A stretch of DNA of 63,935 nucleotides, counting the filler, from Lama guanicoe (Eukaryota), in the NCBI GenBank assembly GCA_013239625.1. It is 198 parts of 198 records of this genome, joined end to end, with 100 filler letters (N's around TTAATTAATTAA, not from the genome) between each part and the next. Parts side by side here need not be neighbours in the genome. Positions count along the whole stretch, not along the records: positions 37,476 to 37,699 come from PNXV01041598.1; positions 37,800 to 38,023 come from PNXV01041599.1; positions 38,124 to 38,346 come from PNXV01041600.1; positions 38,447 to 38,670 come from PNXV01041601.1; positions 38,771 to 38,994 come from PNXV01041602.1; positions 39,095 to 39,318 come from PNXV01041603.1; positions 39,419 to 39,642 come from PNXV01041604.1; positions 39,743 to 39,966 come from PNXV01041605.1; 190 more parts are not named here. One strand, written 5' to 3'. Below are positions 37,476-50,005 of this stretch, piece after piece. Position 1 is the first letter of the stretch. The number at the start of each line of letters is the position of its first letter. The notes under the pieces were generated by a model. That model was not told the origin of the DNA and did no database searches. It saw only the letters and a list, made by a program, of their open reading frames with translations. The translations under genes were made by a program, and so were the position numbers.

Positions 37476-38023
37476 CTGAGCAGCTTCACTGGGGTGCTTT
37501 TTCTAATGTGTGCTAAATTCCCAAAGAAAGTTGTGGTTTCGCTCGAAGGGAAATAATATTCCACCCTCCAGATACGGTTAACAACAGCTTATATGGCCAT
37601 CTTCTTTCAGCACAGAGCAGAAGACACATTGTTGAATTCGTAAGTTAAATAACATACTGGAGTAAGTGGGTGCAGACCTATCGCTGCTGCCACATGCACN
37701 NNNNNNNNNNNNNNNNNNNNNNNNNNNNNNNNNNNNNNNNNNNTTAATTAATTAANNNNNNNNNNNNNNNNNNNNNNNNNNNNNNNNNNNNNNNNNNNNC
37801 TGAGCAGCTTCACTGGGGTGCTTTTTCTAATGTGTGCTAAATTCCCAAGGAAAGTTGTGGTTTCGCTCGAAGGGAAATAACATTCCACCCTCCAGATACG
37901 GTTAACAGCAGCTTATATGGCCATCTTCTTTCAGCACAGAGCAGAAGACACATTGCTGAATTCGTAAGTTAAAGAACATACTGGAGTAAGTGGGTGCAGA
38001 CCTATCGCTGCTGCCACATGCAC
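37476..38023. repeat. Near-identical contig pair (37476-37699 / 37800-38023)
   Basis: 5 substitutions, first at contig position 50. Confidence 0.95.
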
Positions 38024-38123
38024 NNNNNNNNNNNNNNNNNNNNNNNNNNNNNNNNNNNNNNNNNNNNTTAATTAATTAANNNNNNNNNNNNNNNNNNNNN
38101 NNNNNNNNNNNNNNNNNNNNNNN

Positions 38124-38346
38124 TTAGAGTTCCCTCTGGATATATGCCCACGAGTGGGATTGCTGGATCATAGGGTAAGTCTATTTTCAGTTCTTAAGGA
38201 ATCTCCATACTGTTTCCCATAATGTCCACACTAAACTACATTCCCACCAACAGTGTAGGCGAGTTCCTTTTCTCCACACCCTTTCCAGCACTGATCATTT
38301 GTGGACTTTTTAATGATAGCTATTCTGACCTGTGTGTGTGTGTGTG
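38124..38346 (-). mobile_element. LINE-1 ORF2 3' fragment ending in (TG)n
   Basis: GAGTGGGATTGCTGGATCAT...CATTCCCACCAACAGTGTAGG...TTTCTCCACACC. Confidence 0.9.
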
Positions 38347-39776
38347 NNNNNNNNNNNNNNNNNNNNNNNNNNNNNNNNNNNNNNNNNNNNTTAATTAATT
38401 AANNNNNNNNNNNNNNNNNNNNNNNNNNNNNNNNNNNNNNNNNNNNATTTTTATTCTTTGGAGTCAAAAGTATAGTTTTGACTTACAGTTTAAAAGAATA
38501 ACTCTTCTACGTTTTGAAGATAGACTCTAATAGGGAAGGAGTGAAAGGAGGAACAATACAGGAGGCTGTTTCTACGATCCTAGCAAGAAGTGATGATCAT
38601 GATGGTGTTTGTTCCCTTGAGGTGATCAGATTCTGGATGTAATTTAAAGCAGAGCCAACAGTCTTGAGAGNNNNNNNNNNNNNNNNNNNNNNNNNNNNNN
38701 NNNNNNNNNNNNNNTTAATTAATTAANNNNNNNNNNNNNNNNNNNNNNNNNNNNNNNNNNNNNNNNNNNNCCTGGGGTCCATCTTAGGTGACTTAACTGT
38801 CATGCAGAGGGAACTGTCACAGGGGGTGGGTGAGTCCTGAGGTCTCATAGGACCCCCACTGGCCACTTGGGATGGGGAGGGACAGGGCTTCCCTTAGATG
38901 CTCTCATGGCTCCCAGGGCCTCCTCTGGGATGGGATCAAGCCCTTCTTGGCACATTATTTTTCCCTCGGCACAATCAGTGCCTGAGTCTCTTGCNNNNNN
39001 NNNNNNNNNNNNNNNNNNNNNNNNNNNNNNNNNNNNNNTTAATTAATTAANNNNNNNNNNNNNNNNNNNNNNNNNNNNNNNNNNNNNNNNNNNNGGAAAG
39101 AAATTACTTAAGAAATTTAAAAATACAGACGATCTCTGAGTAGAGGAGGTCTTAGGCCAGAAGAAAAGCTATACAACAAAATGAGGGTAGTTAGACTACG
39201 TTAGTACTTAAAACTTCTATATACCAGAAAGTGTAAGTGAAATTAAAAGGGAATGATAAGAGGGAAAATATTTTCAGTGTTTTCAAAGTCTTAATTTCAT
39301 ACTGATTAATTTTAGATTNNNNNNNNNNNNNNNNNNNNNNNNNNNNNNNNNNNNNNNNNNNNTTAATTAATTAANNNNNNNNNNNNNNNNNNNNNNNNNN
39401 NNNNNNNNNNNNNNNNNNGAAGGCAGATGTCGTGATAGCACTGGGCGCACAGAGCTTCAAGGAAGGCGCGGCCCAGAGTTGCATGTTGAAGCTGTGACAA
39501 GAACAGGACTCCAGGCGAAGAGAGAACACAAAGCAAGCCCCGCGGTCCCCGCCAGGATCCAAGGCCAGGCAAGAGCTATCTGGGTCACCCCACGGCTCCT
39601 GCCCACACGGTTCGCTTTTGAAGCCACTTCTCACTAAGGATTNNNNNNNNNNNNNNNNNNNNNNNNNNNNNNNNNNNNNNNNNNNNTTAATTAATTAANN
39701 NNNNNNNNNNNNNNNNNNNNNNNNNNNNNNNNNNNNNNNNNNGACAAAACAACTGCTTACATAGAAAGGACTTTAT

Positions 39777-39889
39777 GGGGGCGAGGGGATAGTTTAGTGG
39801 TAGAGTGCTTAGCATGCGCGAGGCCATGGGTTCAATCCCCCGTACCGCCATTAAAAAAATAAATAAGCCTATTTACCCTCCGAACAGAC
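39777..39889 (+). mobile_element. Complete tRNA-Ala-derived SINE (Vic-1-like) with target-site duplication
   Basis: tRNA head, AAATAAATAAGCCTATTTACCCTCC tail, TSD AAAGGACTTTAT (39765-39776) / AAAGGACCTTAT (39890-39901). Confidence 0.88.
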
Positions 39890-40149
39890 AAAGGACCTTA
39901 TTAGTCACTATTCTTACATCACAAATTCGCAAGCATTAAAATATGAGTCCAAGTATTTGATTTTACNNNNNNNNNNNNNNNNNNNNNNNNNNNNNNNNNN
40001 NNNNNNNNNNTTAATTAATTAANNNNNNNNNNNNNNNNNNNNNNNNNNNNNNNNNNNNNNNNNNNNAAAATGACTGACGAATCAAATGTTGGAGGTATTT
40101 TTAGCTGTTTTTGTTCCTAGCTATTTTGAGTTCAATGGAAACAAAGAAC

Positions 40150-40290
40150 AGCAACAACAACAAGACAAGAAATAGCAAGTGTTGGTGAAAATGCGGAGAA
40201 ACGGGAACATGTGCGCACTGTCGGTGGGACTATAAACTGGCGCAACCACTGTGGAAAACAGTATGGAGTTTCCTTAAAAAAATTAAAGAT
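40150..40290 (+). mobile_element. LINE-1 ORF2 3' fragment
   Basis: AAGTGTTGGTGAAAATGCGGAGAAA...CACTGTGGAAAACAGTATGGAGTTTCCTTAAAA. Confidence 0.85.
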
Positions 40291-41037
40291 NNNNNNNNNN
40301 NNNNNNNNNNNNNNNNNNNNNNNNNNNNNNNNNNTTAATTAATTAANNNNNNNNNNNNNNNNNNNNNNNNNNNNNNNNNNNNNNNNNNNNCCTCAGAGAC
40401 CATAGTGATGGCTTCATAAGCAGTACATACAAGTGAATAATTTGATGATGCTGATTGATAGACATATATCTCAAAATGTTTTGAGAAACTGTTTCTTTAT
40501 GCTGTGGATGTATTTGAGGTCCCTCACTGCCTTGGTGCTGTGTTCTTCCACTTGGAGTGAGACACTCGCTCCCCTGTGGCAGCTAAGATGGCTGATCAGA
40601 GAACATGGAGTGAGNNNNNNNNNNNNNNNNNNNNNNNNNNNNNNNNNNNNNNNNNNNNTTAATTAATTAANNNNNNNNNNNNNNNNNNNNNNNNNNNNNN
40701 NNNNNNNNNNNNNNCATGTTTGGACGCAGCACAATTAGTTTCCATTGCATTCTTTGCAAGCACGTGTTTATTTATATTTGTTTATTTAATTGAAGTATAG
40801 TCAGTTAACATGTGTCAATTTCTGGTGTACAGCATCATGTTTCAGTCATGAAAATGCACACATAGATTCCTTTTCAGATTCTTTCTCATTATAGGTTACT
40901 ACAAGGTATTGAATACAGTGCCCCGTGCTCTACAGAANNNNNNNNNNNNNNNNNNNNNNNNNNNNNNNNNNNNNNNNNNNNTTAATTAATTAANNNNNNN
41001 NNNNNNNNNNNNNNNNNNNNNNNNNNNNNNNNNNNNN

Positions 41038-41259
41038 AGGAAACAGACTGAGAAATCAGAGTAAGTGTTTCTCCTGCAACCTTTTCTCTTTGTGCTTGAT
41101 GAACGAACGTCTCTCCACATGCTCAATTTTGAGAGTTAAACGTGTGTGAAAGCCGTACTTCACCTAGCTTTTTGGGAACACAAATTTTCACTTCATTTGA
41201 AACTCCACTTCATACATATATATGGGGAGGTACAAGCTCCAAATCTGTTTTACAGTGAA
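41038..41259 (-). repeat. Satellite family A monomer fragment
   Basis: Reverse-complement homolog (AAACAGACTGAGAAATCAG, CTTCACCTAGCTT, GGGAACACA). Confidence 0.85.
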
Positions 41260-41359
41260 NNNNNNNNNNNNNNNNNNNNNNNNNNNNNNNNNNNNNNNNN
41301 NNNTTAATTAATTAANNNNNNNNNNNNNNNNNNNNNNNNNNNNNNNNNNNNNNNNNNNN

Positions 41360-41907
41360 GGGCTGGACCCTGATTCACAATAGCTTGAGGCAACTTAACA
41401 TAATGGCGTGGGAGAACTCAAGGGCCTGGACTTCCAGCCCTCACGTCTAACCTCAGTCCTGTGTCTCTATTCCTTCATCTGTTCACCTGACAGACATTCA
41501 GTAACTCCCACCAAGAGCCAGGCAGGTTTGACTCGGGGAAAAGCTTAGGGGGTGGTTGGGGAAGGAAGAAGGGAGAACATTGANNNNNNNNNNNNNNNNN
41601 NNNNNNNNNNNNNNNNNNNNNNNNNNNTTAATTAATTAANNNNNNNNNNNNNNNNNNNNNNNNNNNNNNNNNNNNNNNNNNNNGGGCTGGACCCTGATTC
41701 ACAATAGCTTGAGGCAACTTAACATAATGGCGCGGGAGAACTCAAGGGCCTGGACTTCCAGCCCTCATGTCTAACCTCAGTCCTGTGTCTCTATTTCTTC
41801 ATCTATTCACCCGACAGACATTCAGTGACTCCCACCAAGAGCCAGGCAGGTTTGACTTGGGGAAAAGCTTAGGGGGTGGTTGGGGAAGGAAGAAGGGAGA
41901 ACATTGA
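41360..41907. repeat. Near-identical contig pair (41360-41583 / 41684-41907)
   Basis: 7 substitutions, all transitions, first at contig position 50. Confidence 0.95.
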
Positions 41908-42355
41908 NNNNNNNNNNNNNNNNNNNNNNNNNNNNNNNNNNNNNNNNNNNNTTAATTAATTAANNNNNNNNNNNNNNNNNNNNNNNNNNNNNNNNNNNNN
42001 NNNNNNNTTACAGATCTTCGCCCATTTAATCCTAATAATAATCCTGTGAAATACGTGTACTCATTACCAAGGAAAATGAGGGTTAGGAAGGTTATTTTGC
42101 ATTTTTACACAGTAGGTAATTTGTGTAACAGGTATGCGAGGTCAATCTGAGGCTTTACGCTGCGCTCTTTCCTACCCTACTGTTTATTTATTTGTTTATT
42201 GAAGTCCAGTCAGTCACAGTGTGTCAGTTCCNNNNNNNNNNNNNNNNNNNNNNNNNNNNNNNNNNNNNNNNNNNNTTAATTAATTAANNNNNNNNNNNNN
42301 NNNNNNNNNNNNNNNNNNNNNNNNNNNNNNNGAATAAAACACATATGCAATATAT

Positions 42356-42482
42356 ATATATATTTTGGTGGGGAGAGGTAATTAGGTTTATTTATTTATT
42401 CTTAGAGGAGGCACTGGTGGTTGAACCCAGGACCTCATATATGATAAGCATGCGCTCTACCACGTGAGATAAACCCTCTCCC
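42356..42482 (-). mobile_element. Complete tRNA-Ala-derived SINE (Vic-1-like) with 14-bp TSD
   Basis: Antisense TTGAACCCAGGACCTC...AAGCATGCGCTCTACCAC. CATATGCAATATAT flanks both sides (42342-42355, 42483-42496). Confidence 0.88.
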
Positions 42483-43303
42483 CATATGCAATATATTTTA
42501 AAACCATTCTAATAAAATAAAGCATAACATGTAGCAAACATATCTAAAGGTGTACNNNNNNNNNNNNNNNNNNNNNNNNNNNNNNNNNNNNNNNNNNNNT
42601 TAATTAATTAANNNNNNNNNNNNNNNNNNNNNNNNNNNNNNNNNNNNNNNNNNNNAAGAGTAACCCTTGGGAAACATGCTCAGAGCACTCTCCATCACAG
42701 AAGAAACTTTAGTGGAAAGTTTATCTCAACTGAGGAAGGGCCTTTCTCTCCCTTCAGCCCACCTCTACCCTTCTCACTTAAGAAGGCGGGCAAGATGAGA
42801 AACACCTGCGAAGGTCATAGCCAGGGGCGCGGGCCCACAGAAGTCCTGGGGTTTGATCGTAAGAGTACAGACTGCTTTTNNNNNNNNNNNNNNNNNNNNN
42901 NNNNNNNNNNNNNNNNNNNNNNNTTAATTAATTAANNNNNNNNNNNNNNNNNNNNNNNNNNNNNNNNNNNNNNNNNNNNTGGGGGCGTCCTCTGCTGCCC
43001 AAGAAGCAGGTCAGCTTGCTTCCGGGAAGCGGGCCCAGCCCGGTCACGGGGCAGCGGCGGTGGGTGGAGGGGGGCTGCCCTAGCTGGCGGGTCCATTTCT
43101 TCTCTCTCCTGACCTGGCCTGAGAGCAGCCTCTCCCGCCCAAGATTCACCTGACACCCCACTCCAGGTCAGGTTGCTCCTGGGAGGCGGGCGCGGTGCAG
43201 TGGNNNNNNNNNNNNNNNNNNNNNNNNNNNNNNNNNNNNNNNNNNNNTTAATTAATTAANNNNNNNNNNNNNNNNNNNNNNNNNNNNNNNNNNNNNNNNN
43301 NNN

Positions 43304-43527
43304 ATGGTATTTAGAGATGGACATTTGGAGATAATGAGGTTTAGATGAAGTCGTGAAGGTGGGGCTCTCATTATGGAATTAGAGCCTTTTTTAGGAAGAG
43401 ACCCCAGAGAGCCAGCTGCCTCTCTCTCTTTCACCACCCCCACCCCCACACAAAAAGGGGTCTTATAAGCGTACAGCAGATGACGACCATCTGCAAGCCA
43501 GAAGAGTGCTCTCACCAGAACCCGAAG
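43304..43527 (+). mobile_element. MLT1A-like (MaLR) LTR
   Basis: ATGGTATTTAGAGATGG...GGTTTAGATGAAGTCGTGAAGGTGGGGCTCTCAT...CCATCTGCAAGCCAGAAG...CTCACCAGAACC. Confidence 0.85.
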
Positions 43528-44923
43528 NNNNNNNNNNNNNNNNNNNNNNNNNNNNNNNNNNNNNNNNNNNNTTAATTAATTAANNNNNNNNNNNNNNNNN
43601 NNNNNNNNNNNNNNNNNNNNNNNNNNNGCAGACTGAGAACAGCCTAACTCTAACCCAGCATCAAAGGCTGAAATAATTCAGTTACAATAAAATGGTCTAC
43701 CTACCTTGTGGAATGGAGAAACTCAAATTACTCAGGAAATCAAGAAAAAAAGTTCAAACCACCAGGAGTCACAAAAATATACTGTTTACTGTCATCATCT
43801 TGGTTATACATTTGTACTTGATTTTACACTCTTATTTTTCTGTAATTGTTTNNNNNNNNNNNNNNNNNNNNNNNNNNNNNNNNNNNNNNNNNNNNTTAAT
43901 TAATTAANNNNNNNNNNNNNNNNNNNNNNNNNNNNNNNNNNNNNNNNNNNNGAGAGGAGTGGGGCCGGCTGTGAAGGCCTTGCAAGGCCGGCCTGGGGAG
44001 TTCAGGCTTCGCTCTGAGAACAGCGAGCTATTCACTGCAGGGTTTAAACAGGAGAGTGATGTGATCAGATGTTAGAGGGATCCCTGGGGCTGGAGTGCGG
44101 ACAGAGCAAAAGCGAAGGTGGGGTCCTGCTGCAGCCATCCGGGTGAACATCATGGCGGCTGAGCTAAGGCACTGGNNNNNNNNNNNNNNNNNNNNNNNNN
44201 NNNNNNNNNNNNNNNNNNNTTAATTAATTAANNNNNNNNNNNNNNNNNNNNNNNNNNNNNNNNNNNNNNNNNNNNATATTTGTCAGTCCCAAGGGAATGC
44301 ATCACACATGCCCATGAACTGATATATCCACTCGAGCCCCCACACAGAACTGCCAAGTTTTCCCTCTCCTGCGCCAACTGCCTTCATAGGTATCATGAGC
44401 TCTCCTCCAGCAACTGCTGACCACATCCACCCTGTGAGAGCCAGTGTCCGTGTAAGAGCATGGTCTCCAGAGCATCCTCCATGACTCCAATTCCAAAGGN
44501 NNNNNNNNNNNNNNNNNNNNNNNNNNNNNNNNNNNNNNNNNNNTTAATTAATTAANNNNNNNNNNNNNNNNNNNNNNNNNNNNNNNNNNNNNNNNNNNNG
44601 CCATTCCACGGTGTTGGCTTGGTTTTATTGCAGCTCTATGCCACTACCTTTGTCATCTGACTTCTTGCTCCAAACACATGAGCACTGCCCTCAAGTTGGC
44701 CTACCTCCACTCCTCCTCCTCTAGCACAGGCCACCGAACAACGAGGGGACCTTGAACTCAGAACAGAGCATATAACTTCTTCCAACCACAACTCAGAGCT
44801 GTTGCCACATGCCATGGAGATTTNNNNNNNNNNNNNNNNNNNNNNNNNNNNNNNNNNNNNNNNNNNNTTAATTAATTAANNNNNNNNNNNNNNNNNNNNN
44901 NNNNNNNNNNNNNNNNNNNNNNN

Positions 44924-45146
44924 CTGGATAAAGAAGTTGTGGTATGTATATACAATGGAATACTACTCAGCCGTAGAAAATAATAAAATAATACCATTTG
45001 CAACAAAATGGATGGATCTACAGATTATCATAGTAAGTGAAGTCAGACAACGACAAATATCATATATCTCTTGTATCTGGAATCTGAAAAAAATGATACA
45101 AATGAACTATTTACAAAACAGAAACAGACTCACAGACATAGAAAAC
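44924..45146 (+). mobile_element. LINE-1 ORF2 C-terminus / 3' UTR
   Basis: WIKKLWYVYTMEYYSAVENNKIIPFATKWMDLQIIIVSEVRQ. Confidence 0.92.
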
Positions 45147-48100
45147 NNNNNNNNNNNNNNNNNNNNNNNNNNNNNNNNNNNNNNNNNNNNTTAATTAATT
45201 AANNNNNNNNNNNNNNNNNNNNNNNNNNNNNNNNNNNNNNNNNNNNGGTGGCTTCTGGCTCGTCCAGCTGCAGTTTCCCACTTCAGGTAAGATGGCTTTA
45301 CTCGCCTACTTCCAGGTGAAAGCATTTCCAATAGATTCTGGTTTCTAAGTCCTGTCACCCTCGTCCCCAGTGCTGGGAACTCGTGTGCCTGGTGGACAAA
45401 CGGATCCCCCGGTGGAGGGGTCCCGGGCTCCGCCAGTCCCTTTCTTCTGAATGCCCGCTCTCCCCTCCTCNNNNNNNNNNNNNNNNNNNNNNNNNNNNNN
45501 NNNNNNNNNNNNNNTTAATTAATTAANNNNNNNNNNNNNNNNNNNNNNNNNNNNNNNNNNNNNNNNNNNNTTCTCTGGACTTCCTGCCAGGGCTGCACTT
45601 AAAAGTCCTCCCCAAGGAGCAGATCTGGGCTGGGAACAGTCTACCTTTTACCTCCTTGGCGGTGTTGCTGCAGAGTTTTTAAAACACTCCGATGTGTATT
45701 AAGCCACTAGCAGCAGGGGCTTGGTGGGAGCACTGCGGAGGCTCCGCCCCACTTGGAGCACGGCTGAAATGCTCATGTCCCAGGAAGAGGGGACNNNNNN
45801 NNNNNNNNNNNNNNNNNNNNNNNNNNNNNNNNNNNNNNTTAATTAATTAANNNNNNNNNNNNNNNNNNNNNNNNNNNNNNNNNNNNNNNNNNNNAAGAAA
45901 AAAGTATTTAAAAATTAGATTATGGGGATAGTTGCAAGATTCTTCAAATGTACTAAAACCCATTAAATTGTACACTTTAAATGAATTTTATGGCATGTTA
46001 ATTATATTTCAATAAAGCTGTTTAAGAGAAAAAAAAATGGGGGTCATAAAATCTCACGGCTGTGTTTTCTCTCGAAGCTTATACAACAACCAGATCACCG
46101 ATGTCGGAGCCAGGTACANNNNNNNNNNNNNNNNNNNNNNNNNNNNNNNNNNNNNNNNNNNNTTAATTAATTAANNNNNNNNNNNNNNNNNNNNNNNNNN
46201 NNNNNNNNNNNNNNNNNNTTTTTTCCCTCCATTTCCCTTGTAGAATAAGGATCTTTGACTCCCCTGCCCAGTTCCCTGGCAGTCCCGGTGGTGATAAACA
46301 CCCCAGAGGCTGGGCTGAAAGTCACATCCAGTGATCAGGGTAATCATGTCTAATAGAAGCTCTGACTCATTTCCCAGGTGCGAGCTGGCAAACTGGGTTT
46401 CGGCTGACTCCGGATCGCAGACGCAGGCACTCACTAGCGGGGNNNNNNNNNNNNNNNNNNNNNNNNNNNNNNNNNNNNNNNNNNNNTTAATTAATTAANN
46501 NNNNNNNNNNNNNNNNNNNNNNNNNNNNNNNNNNNNNNNNNNCACCACATTTGATCTCTGAAGTGTCACACTCTTTCCTCATCTTCACCCCTTTTCTCTT
46601 TTGTATTTTATCTGTTTTTCCTGGAAGCCCTAACCCTTATTTCCAATCATATTCCAGGTCCTCGTCCCTCCTGCACCAAGCCGGGTCCCCTGCTAGCACC
46701 CTTCCAAGTCAAAACCCCGCATCCAGAGAGATGCCTCAGGGCCCCCTTCCCTCCCTCACGGCCTCCNNNNNNNNNNNNNNNNNNNNNNNNNNNNNNNNNN
46801 NNNNNNNNNNTTAATTAATTAANNNNNNNNNNNNNNNNNNNNNNNNNNNNNNNNNNNNNNNNNNNNTGCATTTGGGGCTGAACGGAGGAGCTGTGTTGCA
46901 GAAAGCAGGTGGACGTGTGGGCAGCGGTGGCCTGAGACAAGGCGGGCCGGGCCGTAGGGGGAGGTGGCAGGTGGAGAAGGAGCACCCAGCCGTGCAGGCG
47001 TGGCCGCAGCCGTGGGCAGTGCGGGGCAGGGAGGGCAGACAGCCTCGGGGTGCACACGGGGGACTCGGTTCTCTGGCTTGGTAGACCTAGNNNNNNNNNN
47101 NNNNNNNNNNNNNNNNNNNNNNNNNNNNNNNNNNTTAATTAATTAANNNNNNNNNNNNNNNNNNNNNNNNNNNNNNNNNNNNNNNNNNNNGGGATTGGAG
47201 ACTGTCTGCTGTGTGATATCACGTTCACTTGTCCAACAGTCTAGCGGTTATCGCTGCCTCCTCTATTTTACATTACATATTCTTTTGTATTATAAACGAG
47301 ATCAATATGATTGAAAAGGGTAATGAAATCAGCATGAAGAGCAAACACGGTACATGGTGGAGTTGGTGTTTGCATCTTGGGCTGCTTTTCCTAGGGCTGT
47401 GCTCTCATTGCTTTNNNNNNNNNNNNNNNNNNNNNNNNNNNNNNNNNNNNNNNNNNNNTTAATTAATTAANNNNNNNNNNNNNNNNNNNNNNNNNNNNNN
47501 NNNNNNNNNNNNNNGGGGAGACCTGAGTCCTGCCCACCCTGGGGTGGGGGTGGGGCCGCCCCCCACCCCCCTGCTCTGGGGTTTTCAGACTTTGATGTAG
47601 CCATTTAGGGCTGTGAGGCCAACTTGGTGGTCGTAACCTGCACTAAAAATCAACGAAACAAAATCACCACAGAAAAGAAGAGAAACATCAGAGAGCATCG
47701 CACACAGTAAGGGAAGGCTTAGCTCTGTGAACGGTGCTNNNNNNNNNNNNNNNNNNNNNNNNNNNNNNNNNNNNNNNNNNNNTTAATTAATTAANNNNNN
47801 NNNNNNNNNNNNNNNNNNNNNNNNNNNNNNNNNNNNNNAAAAGAGTTACGGTTCCACAGCCTTTCCTTGCATCATGATCCCCTTCCTATGACACTGTGGA
47901 AGCAGGACCTGTCCTCTCTCCTCAGAGCACACGGCGCCAGGCCCCTCCAGGACCACAGTCAGATGCAACAGGCTCCAGGGGCCGCCGTGATGCCTGTCCC
48001 CATTCCCTCATTTTGCCGACTTCTGTCTTCTCTGCTGCTGGCCCTGCTGCTGAAACTGACAGNNNNNNNNNNNNNNNNNNNNNNNNNNNNNNNNNNNNNN

Positions 48101-48324
48101 NNNNNNTTAATTAATTAANNNNNNNNNNNNNNNNNNNNNNNNNNNNNNNNNNNNNNNNNNNNATATATATATATGTTTGAAGCTTTGTATCTTCCCACGA
48201 ATACAAGGGAGAGTATGGGTTTTGGAATCAGACAAATCTGGGCTCAAATGACAGCTCTGTTAATAGTGTAACTGAGAGCTTGATCAGATAACTGAATCTC
48301 CCAAAGTCTTGGTAGTCTCAGCTG

Positions 48325-48386
48325 TGAAAGGAAGGAAGGGAGGGAGGGAGGGGGAGAGAGAGAGAGGGAAAGAAAGAAAGAAAGAA
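48325..48386 (+). repeat. Purine-rich compound microsatellite following a MIR fragment
   Basis: GGAA/GGGA/GA/GAAA runs. Confidence 0.85.
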
Positions 48387-48810
48387 NNNNNNNNNNNNNN
48401 NNNNNNNNNNNNNNNNNNNNNNNNNNNNNNTTAATTAATTAANNNNNNNNNNNNNNNNNNNNNNNNNNNNNNNNNNNNNNNNNNNNCTCCAGATGTTGTC
48501 TGTAAACTCAAAGGTCATTGTTTCACTAAAACTGACAATAATTTGACTTAAAAGTATCATACTGTTAAAAAAAATACAACTATTAAAGTCAAGCTTTTAA
48601 ATAGCATCGAGGGTACACTTTTAATGGACAAGCGAGCATAAGTAGAACTGTAAAAATATACGATTCTTAAAGCACTTTCTTTTCATTTACAAATTTCAAT
48701 GCAAAAATACNNNNNNNNNNNNNNNNNNNNNNNNNNNNNNNNNNNNNNNNNNNNTTAATTAATTAANNNNNNNNNNNNNNNNNNNNNNNNNNNNNNNNNN
48801 NNNNNNNNNN

Positions 48811-49033
48811 GAATGCAGAACACAGAATTTAGAATATAGAAAACAAAATACTGAATATTCAATTTAGAATATAAAATGAAGTACACAGAATATAGAATAT
48901 AGTATATGGAATGCAAAATACAGTATGAAGAATCTAGAATGTAAAACACAAAATATGGAATATAGAATAGAGAATGTAGAACCCAGAATTTAGAATATAG
49001 AATTCAGAACACAGAATATAGAATATAGAATAC
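48811..49033 (+). repeat. Satellite family B, degenerate heptamer (AGAATAT)n
   Basis: 7-bp periodicity, homologous to 36505-36727. Confidence 0.85.
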
Positions 49034-49457
49034 NNNNNNNNNNNNNNNNNNNNNNNNNNNNNNNNNNNNNNNNNNNNTTAATTAATTAANNNNNNNNNNN
49101 NNNNNNNNNNNNNNNNNNNNNNNNNNNNNNNNNTAAAAGTCTTAAATTTACTAAGAAACTCTGATGGAGTATAATTTACACTCAAACTATTTTGTTGGTT
49201 TGTCCTCCCTTCCTACCCCCCAAAAGCAGCCTATGCAGGACTAGATTTCTCTTCCTATCTTTGTGGAACATGGGATACATGACTTCCTCATGGTCACAAA
49301 ATAACAGATCCAGCAACAGTTGTCTTTGATCTCACATCTAACATTACATCCATTACANNNNNNNNNNNNNNNNNNNNNNNNNNNNNNNNNNNNNNNNNNN
49401 NTTAATTAATTAANNNNNNNNNNNNNNNNNNNNNNNNNNNNNNNNNNNNNNNNNNNN

Positions 49458-49681
49458 CTTTGCCGCTTCTTTTCTCCCCTGGTAATCATAAGTTTGTTTT
49501 CTGTCTCTGAGTCTGTTTCTATTTCATAAATAAGTTCATTTGTCTTTCTTTCAGATCCCACATATAAATGATATCATATGGTATTTTTTTCTCTTTCTGA
49601 CTTACTTCACTTAACAACTTAAATGTCCATTGGCAGATGACTAGATAAATATGTTGTGGTATATTTATGCAATGGAATACT
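49458..49681. mobile_element. LINE-1 with internal inversion junction (~49613)
   Basis: Antisense 3' UTR to ...CTGACTTACTTCACTTA, directly followed by sense ACAACTTAAATGTCCAT...TGTGGTATATTTATGCAATGGAATACT. Confidence 0.85.
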
Positions 49682-49781
49682 NNNNNNNNNNNNNNNNNNN
49701 NNNNNNNNNNNNNNNNNNNNNNNNNTTAATTAATTAANNNNNNNNNNNNNNNNNNNNNNNNNNNNNNNNNNNNNNNNNNNN

Positions 49782-50005
49782 CACAATTAATGAAAGGAAG
49801 AGTATATCTGGAATACAGGAGATTCTTTAGTGTTTCTATTACTATAACTCTGCCTTGTGGTTAAGTTCATTGGAAAATTACAACTCAATCTAGGCAGAAC
49901 TACTAACAGTCCATCACCTCTGGAATGAAGGTCTGGGTCACCCTACCTAGTAAAGTTCCACAAGCTGAGGTGATTGCTGATAAAAAGGGAATTCATAATA
50001 GATAG
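49782..50005 (+). mobile_element. ERVL pol 3' end (dUTPase/downstream region), degenerate
   Basis: EEYIWNTGDSL..., GKLQ..., SGMKVWVTLP..., AEVIA motifs match the recalled ERVL internal consensus. Confidence 0.75.

Noticed and set aside
48755..48949. Hydrophobic ORF MFYILDSSYCILHSIYYIL...
   Set aside because: Translation of the heptamer satellite's antisense strand.
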